Positions 1-9,718 of a DNA stretch of 20,344 bases are shown in pieces. The DNA lies in NCBI GenBank assembly GCA_024704765.1, contig JAKMXF010000114.1, positions 1 through 20,344 on the forward strand. Direction: 5' to 3'. This stretch comes from Oopsacas minuta. Taxonomy: Eukaryota > Animalia > Porifera. The number at the start of each line of letters is the position of its first letter. Within the stretch, counting starts at the first letter, position 1. Position numbers and translations under genes: made by a program. Below the pieces are notes generated by a model. The model did no database searches, was not told the origin of the DNA, and worked only from the letters and a program-made list of their open reading frames with translations.

Positions 1-2
1 AA

Positions 3-620
3 GGAATAATCGATCAAACTGGTAACAAATGTCTTTTCGTTAGTTGTATCGATCAAGCAGATAAATATCGTCTGCTATTCGACCTTAAAGATCGAATAAT
101 TACCATTTATCCGGATTTCGAGCGAATTTTTGATGATGAAAGCGTTTCAGAGGATAATAATCCTCAGTTAGAAAAATTTGACGCCATTCCAAATCTCAAT
201 ATAGTATTGAATCGTAATGACGAGATAGCAATCGTTTCCAAACCACAGCATATGATTCAGAGCACACAATTAGGATCTGATAATTCTATATTGTCTGAAA
301 CTTATCCACCAAATTCCAATCAATGCTTAAATATGTCAGAATTTGCAGAAAATCCACTACATGCTAGCACAATATGTGAACCTATATCTGTGTATCATAC
401 TGGAAACTTGGAGTTAAGTCAATCCGCAACGAACCTTGATTTTCTACAGCAATTAAATCGAGAACAATTACTCACGCTTTTGCAACAAATGTGTAAAGAT
501 AGGAAATTCCTTAAAGAATGTCGTAAAACTCACAGAGTACTATTCACTCGTGATAGTGTATCATCTTCTACAACTGTGAAACGACCGAAGAGAGATAGGA
601 AATGGTATCACCTGTACTGA
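3..620 (+). CDS. A1: 3' part of an AIG1/GIMAP-like degenerate GTPase (5'-partial at the window edge)
   Basis: Frame 3 is open from position 3 (GIIDQTGNKCLFVSCIDQADKYRLLFDLKDRIITIY...), so the ORF-track start at 207 is internal. Nt 1-111 match the reverse complement of 19733-19843 at 106/111. It shares the C-terminal motif QQLNRExLxxLxQxMCxDxK with A2. Confidence 0.88.
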   Translation, partial: GIIDQTGNKCLFVSCIDQADKYRLLFDLKDRIITIYPDFERIFDDESVSEDNNPQLEKFDAIPNLNIVLNRNDEIAIVSKPQHMIQSTQLGSDNSILSETYPPNSNQCLNMSEFAENPLHASTICEPISVYHTGNLELSQSATNLDFLQQLNREQLLTLLQQMCKDRKFLKECRKTHRVLFTRDSVSSSTTVKRPKRDRKWYHLY

Positions 621-978
621 ATATGTCTACTTGCAATAACAATATACTACTTGCACATGCGGATATATGAAAGTTATAATTTGTGTCGTATTGAATTTCT
701 ATATATTTGTTAACTGCATTAGTTTTTGCTACCACTGCTCTCTCTAAACTCCGTCACGGTCCAAATATGTAAATTGATATTATGATGCAGTTGACATCCG
801 TTATCTCAACATTTGTTTGCTCGAAAGAACTTCATTTCCCTTCGACTCAAAATATTGGTATTCTAATACCCTTTATCCCGGCTATAGATACCGGATATCT
901 ACTGCATAGGTTATTATAATATTATTCTAAATACTTCTTATGCTTACAAACTATTTTTAAGATTATTCGCGTTTATTA

Positions 979-1998
979 ATGGGAAATACACACGGAGGTA
1001 CAGTCGCCAGAAAGAAAGATTACGACAATTATACAGTTATGCTGGTTGGGAATATGGGTGCAGGAAAGAGCAGTCTTGGAAACTTTCTACTGAAGAAAGA
1101 ACATTTTGTAGCCGCGGACAGTTTGGCACGAGTAACAGACAAGAACATGTGTGAGTGTACGAGTCTACCAGATGGTCTTACTCTAAGGATTATCGACACT
1201 CCAGGATTTGGAGACTTTAGGAAAAGCGAAGAAGTCAAGAGAGACCTGGCTGATGCTTTCTATGAAGCTAAAGATGGTGTGGATGCGTTTCTGTTTGTGA
1301 TAAGTTCAGCTGAACGAATCGGGAAAGAAAAGGTTTCACAATTTGAAATGTTTAAAAATTTTAACGACCATGAACATTTCTATGACTACGTAATACCTGT
1401 GTTCACTAAGGTTGATCAAAGGTTACAGAAAAAAGGCGAGAAGGACATCTACTCCTATGAGAAGCAAGAACGCTTAATTAATAGCGAACTTGAAAGCAAA
1501 CAGTTGGACATTTTCAGGGACAAAATTATTGCAAGAACTAAACAAAATTGGATGTGTATTTCTTCTACATCTAACGATGAATTCTACTACAGAGTTATAA
1601 TAAAACGACTGATTCAAACTATTGAAAGCATTCGTATTGAAAGACATGGAATGGTTTGCACAAGTAACATTATGGATAAGGCAAGAGTCCTGGATGATTT
1701 CGAGAAAGAGAGAAACAGGAGAGCAGAACAACAAGAAGTGAAGAGGGTAGTTGTTGGATTTCTACTGCATATCTTGCTTAATCAAATGCAAGGAGATGAT
1801 TTTGATGAAATATTCGGGGACGACAAGGAACGGCAGAAAAGGAATACAGAAAAGAAGGAGGCAGACAAGACGGAAGCAGTTGATAAAGAAAGAGACACCA
1901 AACAATCTGCAAGTAAAGAACTTTCTGATTCAGCTATAGCTACTGCTGCTGATATTCCGCGGTTGTTAAGTATTGAAGTAAAGAGCAAACCAATATAA
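979..1998 (+). CDS. B1: AIG1/GIMAP-like P-loop GTPase, 339 aa, probable N-myristoylation
   Basis: G1 GNMGAGKSS, switch I RVT, G3 IIDTPGF, conserved-box-like DAFLFVISSAER, G4 FTKVD. N-terminus is MGNTHGG; C-terminus is charged and helical. Paralog of B2. Confidence 0.92.
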   Translation: MGNTHGGTVARKKDYDNYTVMLVGNMGAGKSSLGNFLLKKEHFVAADSLARVTDKNMCECTSLPDGLTLRIIDTPGFGDFRKSEEVKRDLADAFYEAKDGVDAFLFVISSAERIGKEKVSQFEMFKNFNDHEHFYDYVIPVFTKVDQRLQKKGEKDIYSYEKQERLINSELESKQLDIFRDKIIARTKQNWMCISSTSNDEFYYRVIIKRLIQTIESIRIERHGMVCTSNIMDKARVLDDFEKERNRRAEQQEVKRVVVGFLLHILLNQMQGDDFDEIFGDDKERQKRNTEKKEADKTEAVDKERDTKQSASKELSDSAIATAADIPRLLSIEVKSKPI

Positions 1999-2479
1999 GG
2001 AACATTGTTAATAATAGCATAGTTATTGCATAAGTGTATTTATCATGTTTGTAAATATGAAAATGTGAATTCATCTTTATATTATTTTAATTGGTTTCCG
2101 ATTTCTGTATGCTGTCCAAAGATATGTAATAAGGGGCATCAAGGTATCGAGAATTATTTATGATTTTCATTCTGAGGAATTTCTAAATAGGAGTCAAGAT
2201 AGTTTAAAATACGTGAGTAACAAAATGGAACTCCTCTCGTTTGGACAGGATACGAAATATATGTCACTACACATTGAAATTTTGCTGTGGAGCATGACAC
2301 TTCTACGAAAACTTAATATTTCCAATTGTCGTAATAAAACACCATTTTGTTAACTTTTATTGTATAAATAAATAATCTCAGCAGTTAACCGTTTAACCAG
2401 CTTATGAATTTAGCCAAAGTTGCTGAATAGAATGATATTTAAAATATACGAGCCGCTTCGTTTGCTAGCACTGTGGGGC

Positions 2480-2880
2480 TTGTGGACATAAAGTGTTCGC
2501 ATGGGACTCGGCACGTCGTGCCTCGAATTTAGCAAAGTATAAAATTGCAAATTGAATTAATCAATTAATATTTCAACAATCTTTTACTTTATATTCATAA
2601 AAGCAACAAAGAATTTATATAAAAGAAACTTGAATATGCTAATTCGGATACAGCGTCCTTTGATATCCATCTATAGCCGTTAAGAGCAAGTCTCTACTTG
2701 AGAACGCGAAATTGGATTCAGCGTACTTGATTCCCCCTATATGTCTGTTGGGAGCAAGTCTAAGTATATTTCGAGATTTCAACTGTTTGTTTACTTTATA
2801 TTCATAAAAAACAACAAATATATTCACATATGATTATTTCGAAAATGTGAAAATCGGAATCAGCACACTCGATTACCCCA
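2480..2880 (+). repeat. Degenerate, tandemly rearranged fragments of the fold-back element family seen at 8453-8943
   Basis: 2480-2696 resembles the element's arm (ggactcggcac..gcctcgaattt..aaagtataaaattgcaaa). 2697-2789 matches the reverse complement of its right inner arm (cttgagaa..ggattcagcgtact..aagtatatttcgagatttcaact). 2790-2880 repeats the ttcataaaaa.caacaaa..tcagc..gattacccc block. Confidence 0.8.
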
Positions 2881-4522
2881 ATGTAATTATTAATTTTTCC
2901 TATATCGTGAGTATTTTCAACTCATGACACAGTGTAACAATTTTACCATTTACCGCCATCATTCATAGGTTCACTGAGTGACACAGGGTTAGAAGTTTCT
3001 TATTCAGGAGCATTTCATATAATTTTAGAAACTGATATATTAGAATACATAGATTGCGAATACCAGAAAATCATGCAAGAGAATTCATCTTGGGTGTTTC
3101 TGAACTATAAATTCCATGGCGATGATATTTGCAATAAACAACAACATCATAAATAAATAGAACACTATTATAGCTTCACAGTGTATAGGCGTTTCTGACT
3201 AGGATTAAATTTCGCTTACATCGTAATCTACTAGATTATCCTATGAACTAACTCGTGATTGTGTGATATTTCACATTTGGTGCAGGTTTGTTGTTTTTCT
3301 ATGCTTATTTTGATTTTTTCTTTCAAATTTTTGAATATTTATACAATTTTCGCATTTATGTGCCTAATTTAGGAAATAATCTTGAATTCTAGGTTCTGAG
3401 GTAATAGAAAATTATTTCAAACTGCTTAGAAAATCGTGGAAATTATTGAGGCACTCAATCTGATAATTGTGAAACTACATGGACGTTTCCTCGAATATAC
3501 CTGGGTATATTCTGGGCTGCTACACGGGGGCCTGTGGAAATGGGGTGAAAAATAGACCGAATTCCTTGTTCCATACAAATGAATCTATCAAATGCGAAAA
3601 CTGATAGCAATTTTCTCATTTTGTGGAGGTTATCCTGTATATTTAGTGACTACTATTTTGTTTCGAATAAAGAAGTACGTCTTATGGATATGCATACCTT
3701 GACAAGGCTATGTGCCGCTCGGTTTGTATTTTGTCTCATTTTACACATGTTGTGTATATAACTACCCTTGGTTCTGATTATCATTAGTTTGCAACCTACT
3801 GAGTACTGACTCCTGGCACTCCTGGCAGTCTAGATAGCTAGTCTCATGTGATAAAGGCTTATAGCATAGATAGCATAGTAAGTAATAGTAAATATCCTAG
3901 CCATATGATCGACAAAGGTTGGTAGATATGAACTCTATGAATATAATTATTTCAGCTCGGTTAAAGTATATACGTATCACGAAATGACCGAAGTCTAATG
4001 ATATAATCTGGCCGACTGGGGTAGAAGAATATTGAGAGGTTTAGAGCTCCCCAACACTCGTATAACGCCAGTATTTAGCAAGAGTAAAATAAAACTCTTT
4101 AGGAAAAGTTTTCACCTCATTGTTTACAATACAAAATTGTAAATAATGGGGTGAAAATTTACTATACAAAAATGTGAAGTCAGCGCCCTAGATGGATGTT
4201 TCGGGGGGCCTTACCCCCGACCCCCAGGTTTTACGCCTATGCCCTATGCTATCCATGCTATGTGACTGTCCTAATATTGAAAGAATTAGATATGTACACA
4301 GTAATAGTCAGGTAAACTTCCGAGATGCATCATCATCGGGAGTAACCGCTTGTGCCGTCTTTCGTAGGTTCCATGTAATGTATTATCAGCATATGAAAAT
4401 AATCTGTAGAGTATGGTATGCTGCACCTAGAAGGTCTGTAGCATTCAAGGTTTACCCATAATTAATTAACTCAGAATTATAACGAATATATTTCATGTTT
4501 CAAATACAAATGATTAGTAAAT

Positions 4523-4956
4523 ATGGAAGCAATTTGGAAATTTTTCAGTTTCTTTCAAAACAATCAAGAATTTCAAACTGTTTCCAATGATTCTGAAGTT
4601 AAAATACGGGATGAAGGTTTGGCTGACAATCCCAAAATGAAAGAATTATTGGATAATCCATTTGAAGCTATCCAAAATAATGAAAAGTTAAGAAACGCCG
4701 TGTTTGCGCAACAGAAACAAATAGGTTGGAATATTTTACCAACAACAAGTGAATACGTTACGAAAGATAACTCCACTGATCTCGGGTTAATCAAACTGAA
4801 TCATAAAATACGAATACAGCCATTGAGAAATGAAACAGGTTTAGTGAACATTTTGATGTTTGGAAAGAGTGGTTGTGGACAAACTACATTACTTTCCTAT
4901 CTAACTAAGAACAATCAGTTGAAAGGTGTAGACTCAATGTCTACTCAACAGTTCTA
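4523..4956 (+). CDS. A3: 5' fragment of an A-type degenerate GTPase, truncated at the N at 4957
   Basis: MEAIWKFFSFF...NILMFGKSGCGQTTLLSYLTKNNQLKGVDSMSTQQF. Nt 4827-4956 match the reverse complement of 20215-20344 at 129/130. Confidence 0.88.
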
Positions 4957-4957
4957 N
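4957..4957. other. Single N, probable contig junction or gap
   Basis: Two truncated A-type CDSs end exactly on either side of this base. Confidence 0.8.
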
Positions 4958-5229
4958 TTGATTAACCCGAGATCAGTGGAGTTATCTTTCGTAATGTATT
5001 CACTTGTTGTTGGTAAAATATTCCAACCCATTTGTTTCTGTTGCGCAAACACGGCGTTTCTTAACTTTTCATTATTTTGGATAGCTTGTAATGGATTATC
5101 CAATATTTCTTTCATTTTGGGATTGTTAGCCAAACTTTCATCCCGTATTTTAGCTTCAGGATCATTGGAAACAGTTTGCGATTCTTGATTGTCTCGAAAG
5201 AAACTCAATAATTTCGAAAAGAATTCCAT
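4958..5229 (-). CDS. A4: N-terminal fragment of another A-type paralog, truncated at the N at 4957
   Basis: MEFFSKLLSFFRDNQES...STDLGLI is colinear with A3 codons 1-90, with 17 amino-acid differences. Confidence 0.85.
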
Positions 5230-7247
5230 ATTTACTAATCATTTGTATTTGAAACATGAAATATTTTCGTTATAATTCTGAGTTAATTAATTATAGGTAA
5301 ACCTCGAAAGCGGCAGACCTTCTAGGTGAAGCATACCATATTCACAGATTACTTTTACTAATTATTCCTATGCAGATAATACATTACATGTAACCTCTGA
5401 AATAAAGCACAAGTGGTTACTCCCGATGATGCTGCATCTCGGAAGTCTACCTGACTATTACTGTGTACAGATGTCTAATTTTTCAATATTAGGACATTCG
5501 ATTTATGCCTAATTAAGTCCCCGAGTTCGTTGTTATTTAATGTATCTTATTAATTATTCCATTTATTTTTAGCGGTGGCGCTATACGGGTCTTGGGGAAC
5601 TATAAACCTCTTCTAGACCCCCAGTCGGCAGATTATTAGACTTCGGCCTTTTCATGATACGTATAAACTTTAATCCAGCTGAAATAAATATATTCTTAGA
5701 GTTCATATCTACCAACCTTTGTCAATCATATGGCTAGAATCAGTGCAATATTTATCCTGGACGACATTCAAAAGTACCCGAAACCTAATAATTTCGCACG
5801 CTCGCTACCCTCGCTTGTAAAATAGTTTAAAGTATGTACTCAACCCAAGAGACATCATGCAGGCATCCAGGAATTCGCTCTATTCAATTACTATTTATTG
5901 AAACATCACAGTGTTTACAATTGTGTGTGTCAGGTTATGAGATTTTATAGTTCAATATTAACGAATTTCGTCGACCTTTTCATAATGGATTGTTGGCCAA
6001 GATGTAGTTTTGAGATCTATAAAATATGCCTATGGCCACCACTGATTATGAATTATAATAATTATCAATCAATACATATTTTGAAAACAGCTCTTTTCGC
6101 AACTCCCTAGGATACCTGATTTCTCGTTAGAAACTAATGACTAGCACAATATTTATTTACAAATGTGCAAATTAAGATTTATCATATTGTAAACATCATT
6201 TTGTGACTATTTCATAGTTTAAAGCCAATCATACACCATGGAACTTTGTTATATGTATGTTTGTTGGAATTTTTATGCAAATTTATTGTATGCAACATGC
6301 CGTTACATTTGAATAGTTTATACCACAAATTGCATGTGAATGGTGGATATAATGTTTATAGAATTTCACAGTTTCCATTGCCCCATGTTATCATCAGTTA
6401 AACTGTGTGAAAATATGATTGATCGTATGATATCTACATTTGATACTTTTCGGACCGCGCAGGCTGACATGGTCTCGAAGAAATAGTAATAACCTACTTT
6501 ACATACTTATAATCATACCTCGTAACAAAAATTCCTACAAACACCTTTGTGATGTCAAATAATACAGATAAATAATAAACGATATATGAGTAGAAATTGC
6601 GAAAATAGAAACCATAATAAACTCACGAATCTGTCGATTATTATTTGTATCACCAAATAGTAGTTCTAGATGTCCAATTAATTTTATACAAAAGGAGGAT
6701 AAATATGAATTATTTATATACGTAGATCAGTATTGAGCTGAGTATTCTATTGCATACATCGTAATATACTAATATTATATGTTAAATTCCCACGGAGATT
6801 ACATCATATAGCATTATTCTATTTAACATCTTGTACACTTCTTATAGTATAAGTTTTGAGATTATATCATAACTCAACTCATTTCCAACCTCAGGTTTAT
6901 ATTGGTAATACTATGAGGCGGAGTTTCCGTCTGTTACGTACTGCTAACATAGCTTGCTATGAGAAAATAACGCTCAAAAATTTTGTGCGATTTTCTCGTG
7001 TTAATTTCCTTGAGCTGATATTTCCATAATCATAAGTTATCCTGAATTTGTATAGATTTACTTAATTACTTAAATATGGTTTATCCTTCCTTATTTAAGT
7101 TTCATTGAATTTGAAAATCAATATTGTAAGAATTATTAGCATTTAATACATCCAATATATCGTATAAAGTATATGGTTATTATAATTTTATTCTTTCATA
7201 AATACTTGTGTAAAGGCCAAAATTTAGTAGAGCTTATTCTATCAATA

Positions 7248-8030
7248 TTATCTACGCTTTTCAACCATCAGGACAAATAACAGCATACCAGCGGTAACCA
7301 CAGCAACCAGATATAGAATCGTAGTAGAAAGTACTCCCAATGCTATTAGCTTGAAAAACTCATACACATATAATAACATTGACACATACGTTCTCTCTAG
7401 ACAGCCTTCATTGTATATCTGCATGAAATCAGCTGTATCGCATTCAGTAGCGTTATAAAACACTTTACAACAACTGGATGGAATGTTTGACATATTTTCA
7501 TAACTGTCTGGTCCTTCGGGCCCGCAGCATTTCAATACTTGATGAAGTTTATCAATAGATGACTGATTTATTCGCTGTCTATCTGTGAAGTATCTCTTAT
7601 GGAAGATTCCAGAATAATCTTTGACATAGTTTTCATAGGAAAGCTCAATAGATATTGCGTTCCCATATGAGCCGCCTGTCAATTGAATGACAGTGGCAAG
7701 AAGCAGTATGTAGATGGTTGCACCGAGTAGAGCGATTGAAATCAATTTTGTATTATTTCGAGGTGAAAAGCTAGCGACAAACGCACCTAATACATTTGTT
7801 ATACATGCAATAAATAGTAACACCCCGCTGATCAATGTTGTTATGTAAAGCACTTTAAAGTGATGGCCATTCACTGGAGATGGTAGTTGAAATGTTTCGA
7901 GAATATTTCTGTTCGCTGCGTCGAAAACAGTTAAATAACTCCCAACAGCAAGCATTACAAGTGACATCATGAATTCAATACTTCCCATAATGGAGCATAC
8001 TAATATTAGAACAAATCTCAACTTCTTCAT
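7248..8030 (-). CDS. Tetraspanin, 260 aa, intronless
   Basis: Four hydrophobic segments (three N-terminal, one C-terminal). The large extracellular loop has CCG (LKCCG), PSSCC and EGC. Confidence 0.93.
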   Translation of the reverse strand: MKKLRFVLILVCSIMGSIEFMMSLVMLAVGSYLTVFDAANRNILETFQLPSPVNGHHFKVLYITTLISGVLLFIACITNVLGAFVASFSPRNNTKLISIALLGATIYILLLATVIQLTGGSYGNAISIELSYENYVKDYSGIFHKRYFTDRQRINQSSIDKLHQVLKCCGPEGPDSYENMSNIPSSCCKVFYNATECDTADFMQIYNEGCLERTYVSMLLYVYEFFKLIALGVLSTTILYLVAVVTAGMLLFVLMVEKRR

Positions 8031-8083
8031 TTCCAGAGATTTTTGTTGGACAATTTGTCAATAAATAATTGTTTGGGCAAATT

Positions 8084-8110
8084 TATATATATATATATAT
8101 ATATATATAT
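8084..8110. repeat. (TA)n microsatellite, 27 nt
   Basis: Pure TA run with 53 nt between it and the tetraspanin ATG. Confidence 0.95.
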
Positions 8111-8452
8111 GGTGAATTGTCACCTGACAAGACCCATTCAGAGTAACAATAGCATTTACACGAGTGTATTTGTCAATGTATTGAATTACTCACTGGCCAT
8201 GACTTTGGATACCATAAATAACTATAGAAATATGATTATCAGTCCACTAAACATTCCATCAAATATTTTATATTATCAATCCTCGATTGTTGTCTGATTA
8301 GAAATTGATTATTATTATTTAACTACACTGCAAAAACGACAAAATAACCTGTTAGGCAAAAACCCACAATGCTAATTACTAATAGGCCAGATTATTTTGA
8401 TAGCTAATTTACACCAATTAACAATAACCCATACACTGCATTAGTAGTTAGC

Positions 8453-8943
8453 ATGCTAACACTTTGTGTTGGCATTGGACTCGGCACTTTGTGCCTCGAA
8501 TTTGGGAAAGTATAAATTGCAAAATTGAATGAATAAATTAATAATTCATCTAATTGTTTACTCTGTATTCATAAAAACAACAAATAGATTTGCATATGGG
8601 AAACTTGCAAATGTGAAATTCGGATTCAGCGTACTAGATTACCCCTTTATGTCTGTTAAGAGGAACTCTCTAAGTGCATTTGAATATACAGCAAACATAA
8701 GTTGAAATCTCGAAATATACTTGGAGTGTTTCCTCTTAACAGACATATGGGGGGTAATCTAGTACGCTGATTCCGAATTTCGCATTCTCAAGTTCCTCAT
8801 ATATAAACTTGTTGTTGTTTCTATGAATATATAGTACACAAACAAATGAATTATTAATTTATTAATTCCATTTTGCAATTTTATACTTTGCTAAATTCGA
8901 GGAATGAAGTGCTGAGTCTATTGCGAACATAAAGTGTTCGCAA
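8453..8943. mobile_element. About 490-bp fold-back (near-palindromic) MITE-like element with small terminal hairpins
   Basis: The roughly 220-bp arms are imperfect reverse complements (e.g. tcagcgtactagattacccc / ggggtaatctagtacgctga). Each end has a 9-bp-stem, 5-nt-loop hairpin (8453-8475, 8921-8943). No TSD was recognised. Related fragments lie at 2480-2880. Confidence 0.8.
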
Positions 8944-9188
8944 ACTATGCAGCGCAAGCAATTGAAACGGCTCATCGATAATAAATCAAATTGGGAGAAA
9001 AGTACATATTAACCGAATTCTATTGTATTTATAAGTTTGTGGCATATATGTACAGCCTTTACAGACTCTACATCATATTCTCAAGAAAGAGTTGAATATC
9101 AAAATAGATTTCTCACAACTCAATGAAAACCTCAAAGAAGTAAGATTTATATGTTACATACTTACTACGTGTCTCCGTTTTATATAAT

Positions 9189-9318
9189 ACTAGCTGAGCT
9201 CTGCCCTTCGTGCGGATGCCTACTAGTCCTGCGGAATCCGAAAAAATTTCGTTAGTTGTCCTATCTTAAATTCAATTGATGCTATAGGAAGTACAAATAC
9301 TAATTTTATATTATAGAT
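9189..9318 (+). mobile_element. Possible short non-autonomous Helitron/Helentron-like remnant
   Basis: Starts actagctga..gcccttcgtgcgg and ends ttttatattatagat, which resembles the ends of such elements as I recall them. It is a single copy here and unverified. Confidence 0.3.
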
Positions 9319-9493
9319 ATCTCATGTCTAAGTATAGTTATTATAATGTTGTTAATATTATAATAGAAATCTGTATTATTACTCCAATTTCTATTGGAAG
9401 AAACTTTCTACTAATTTTAAAATATCATCGAAAGGTACGAAATATGATTTGGTTCCAAATGGGTCCAACCATCTCTGAGATGTTATATAGATA

Positions 9494-9717
9494 CAGTCAT
9501 CTCTACTTAATTGGGACTAATCTCCAGGAACGGAACCATCTCCATTAAAGTTAATATTAAATATTTTCTGTTAATCGGGACAAACTCTGCTTAATCGAGT
9601 GAAACTAGTAACTCAATCAAGACGAAACTTTTCTTGAGTTAGGAATTCTAATAAGCTAGGTATATGTGACTACATTTTAGATTAATTCGGCCAATTCAAA
9701 TTCTATTTACCAGTCAT
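9494..9717 (+). mobile_element. Probable left end of a Tc1/mariner (pogo-like) MITE; right end not seen before the gap
   Basis: TA|CAGTCATCTCTACTTAATTGGGAC resembles the TA|CAGT termini at 11324 and 18849. An internal subrepeat ttaa(t/tc)gggac is present. Confidence 0.35.
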
Positions 9718-9718
9718 N
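9718..9718. other. Single N, probable contig junction or gap
   Basis: The NHL reading frame is open right up to this base, and the upstream sequence is unrelated. Confidence 0.75.

Larger units (their letters stand above)
3897..5737. repeat. Inverted duplication of an A-type gene 5' region and upstream DNA
   Basis: 4267-4794 pairs with the reverse complement of 4958-5496, and 3897-4072 pairs with 5575-5737. The coding arms differ at 20/272 nt. Confidence 0.92.

Noticed and set aside
885-930. Weak similarity between B1 and B2 upstream regions (ggatatctactgca vs agatatttactgta)
   Set aside because: It might be a shared promoter or TIR remnant, but it is too short and AT-rich to support.
2480-2880. 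CRISPR array or other prokaryotic defence locus
   Set aside because: There are no regular identical repeats with unique spacers. The spliceosomal introns, tetraspanin and RING ligase show the DNA is eukaryotic.
3493-3512. 20-bp near-palindrome gaatatacc-tg-ggtatattc
   Set aside because: It is single, short and AT-rich, with no supporting context.
4109-4157. AT-rich hairpin with a 22-bp stem and 2 mismatches
   Set aside because: It is real but isolated. It is probably a transposon remnant in the block unique to the A3 upstream region, and I cannot assign a function.
4523-5188. 221-aa ORF running through the N
   Set aside because: It is chimeric: after 4957 it reads the antisense strand of the inverted A4 fragment.
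5890-6490. Possible small + strand exons (e.g. 6399-6486, KLCENMIDRMISTFDTFRTAQADMVSKK*)
   Set aside because: Splice-like sites exist, but I could not build a consistent model or recognise a protein. RNA-seq would decide.
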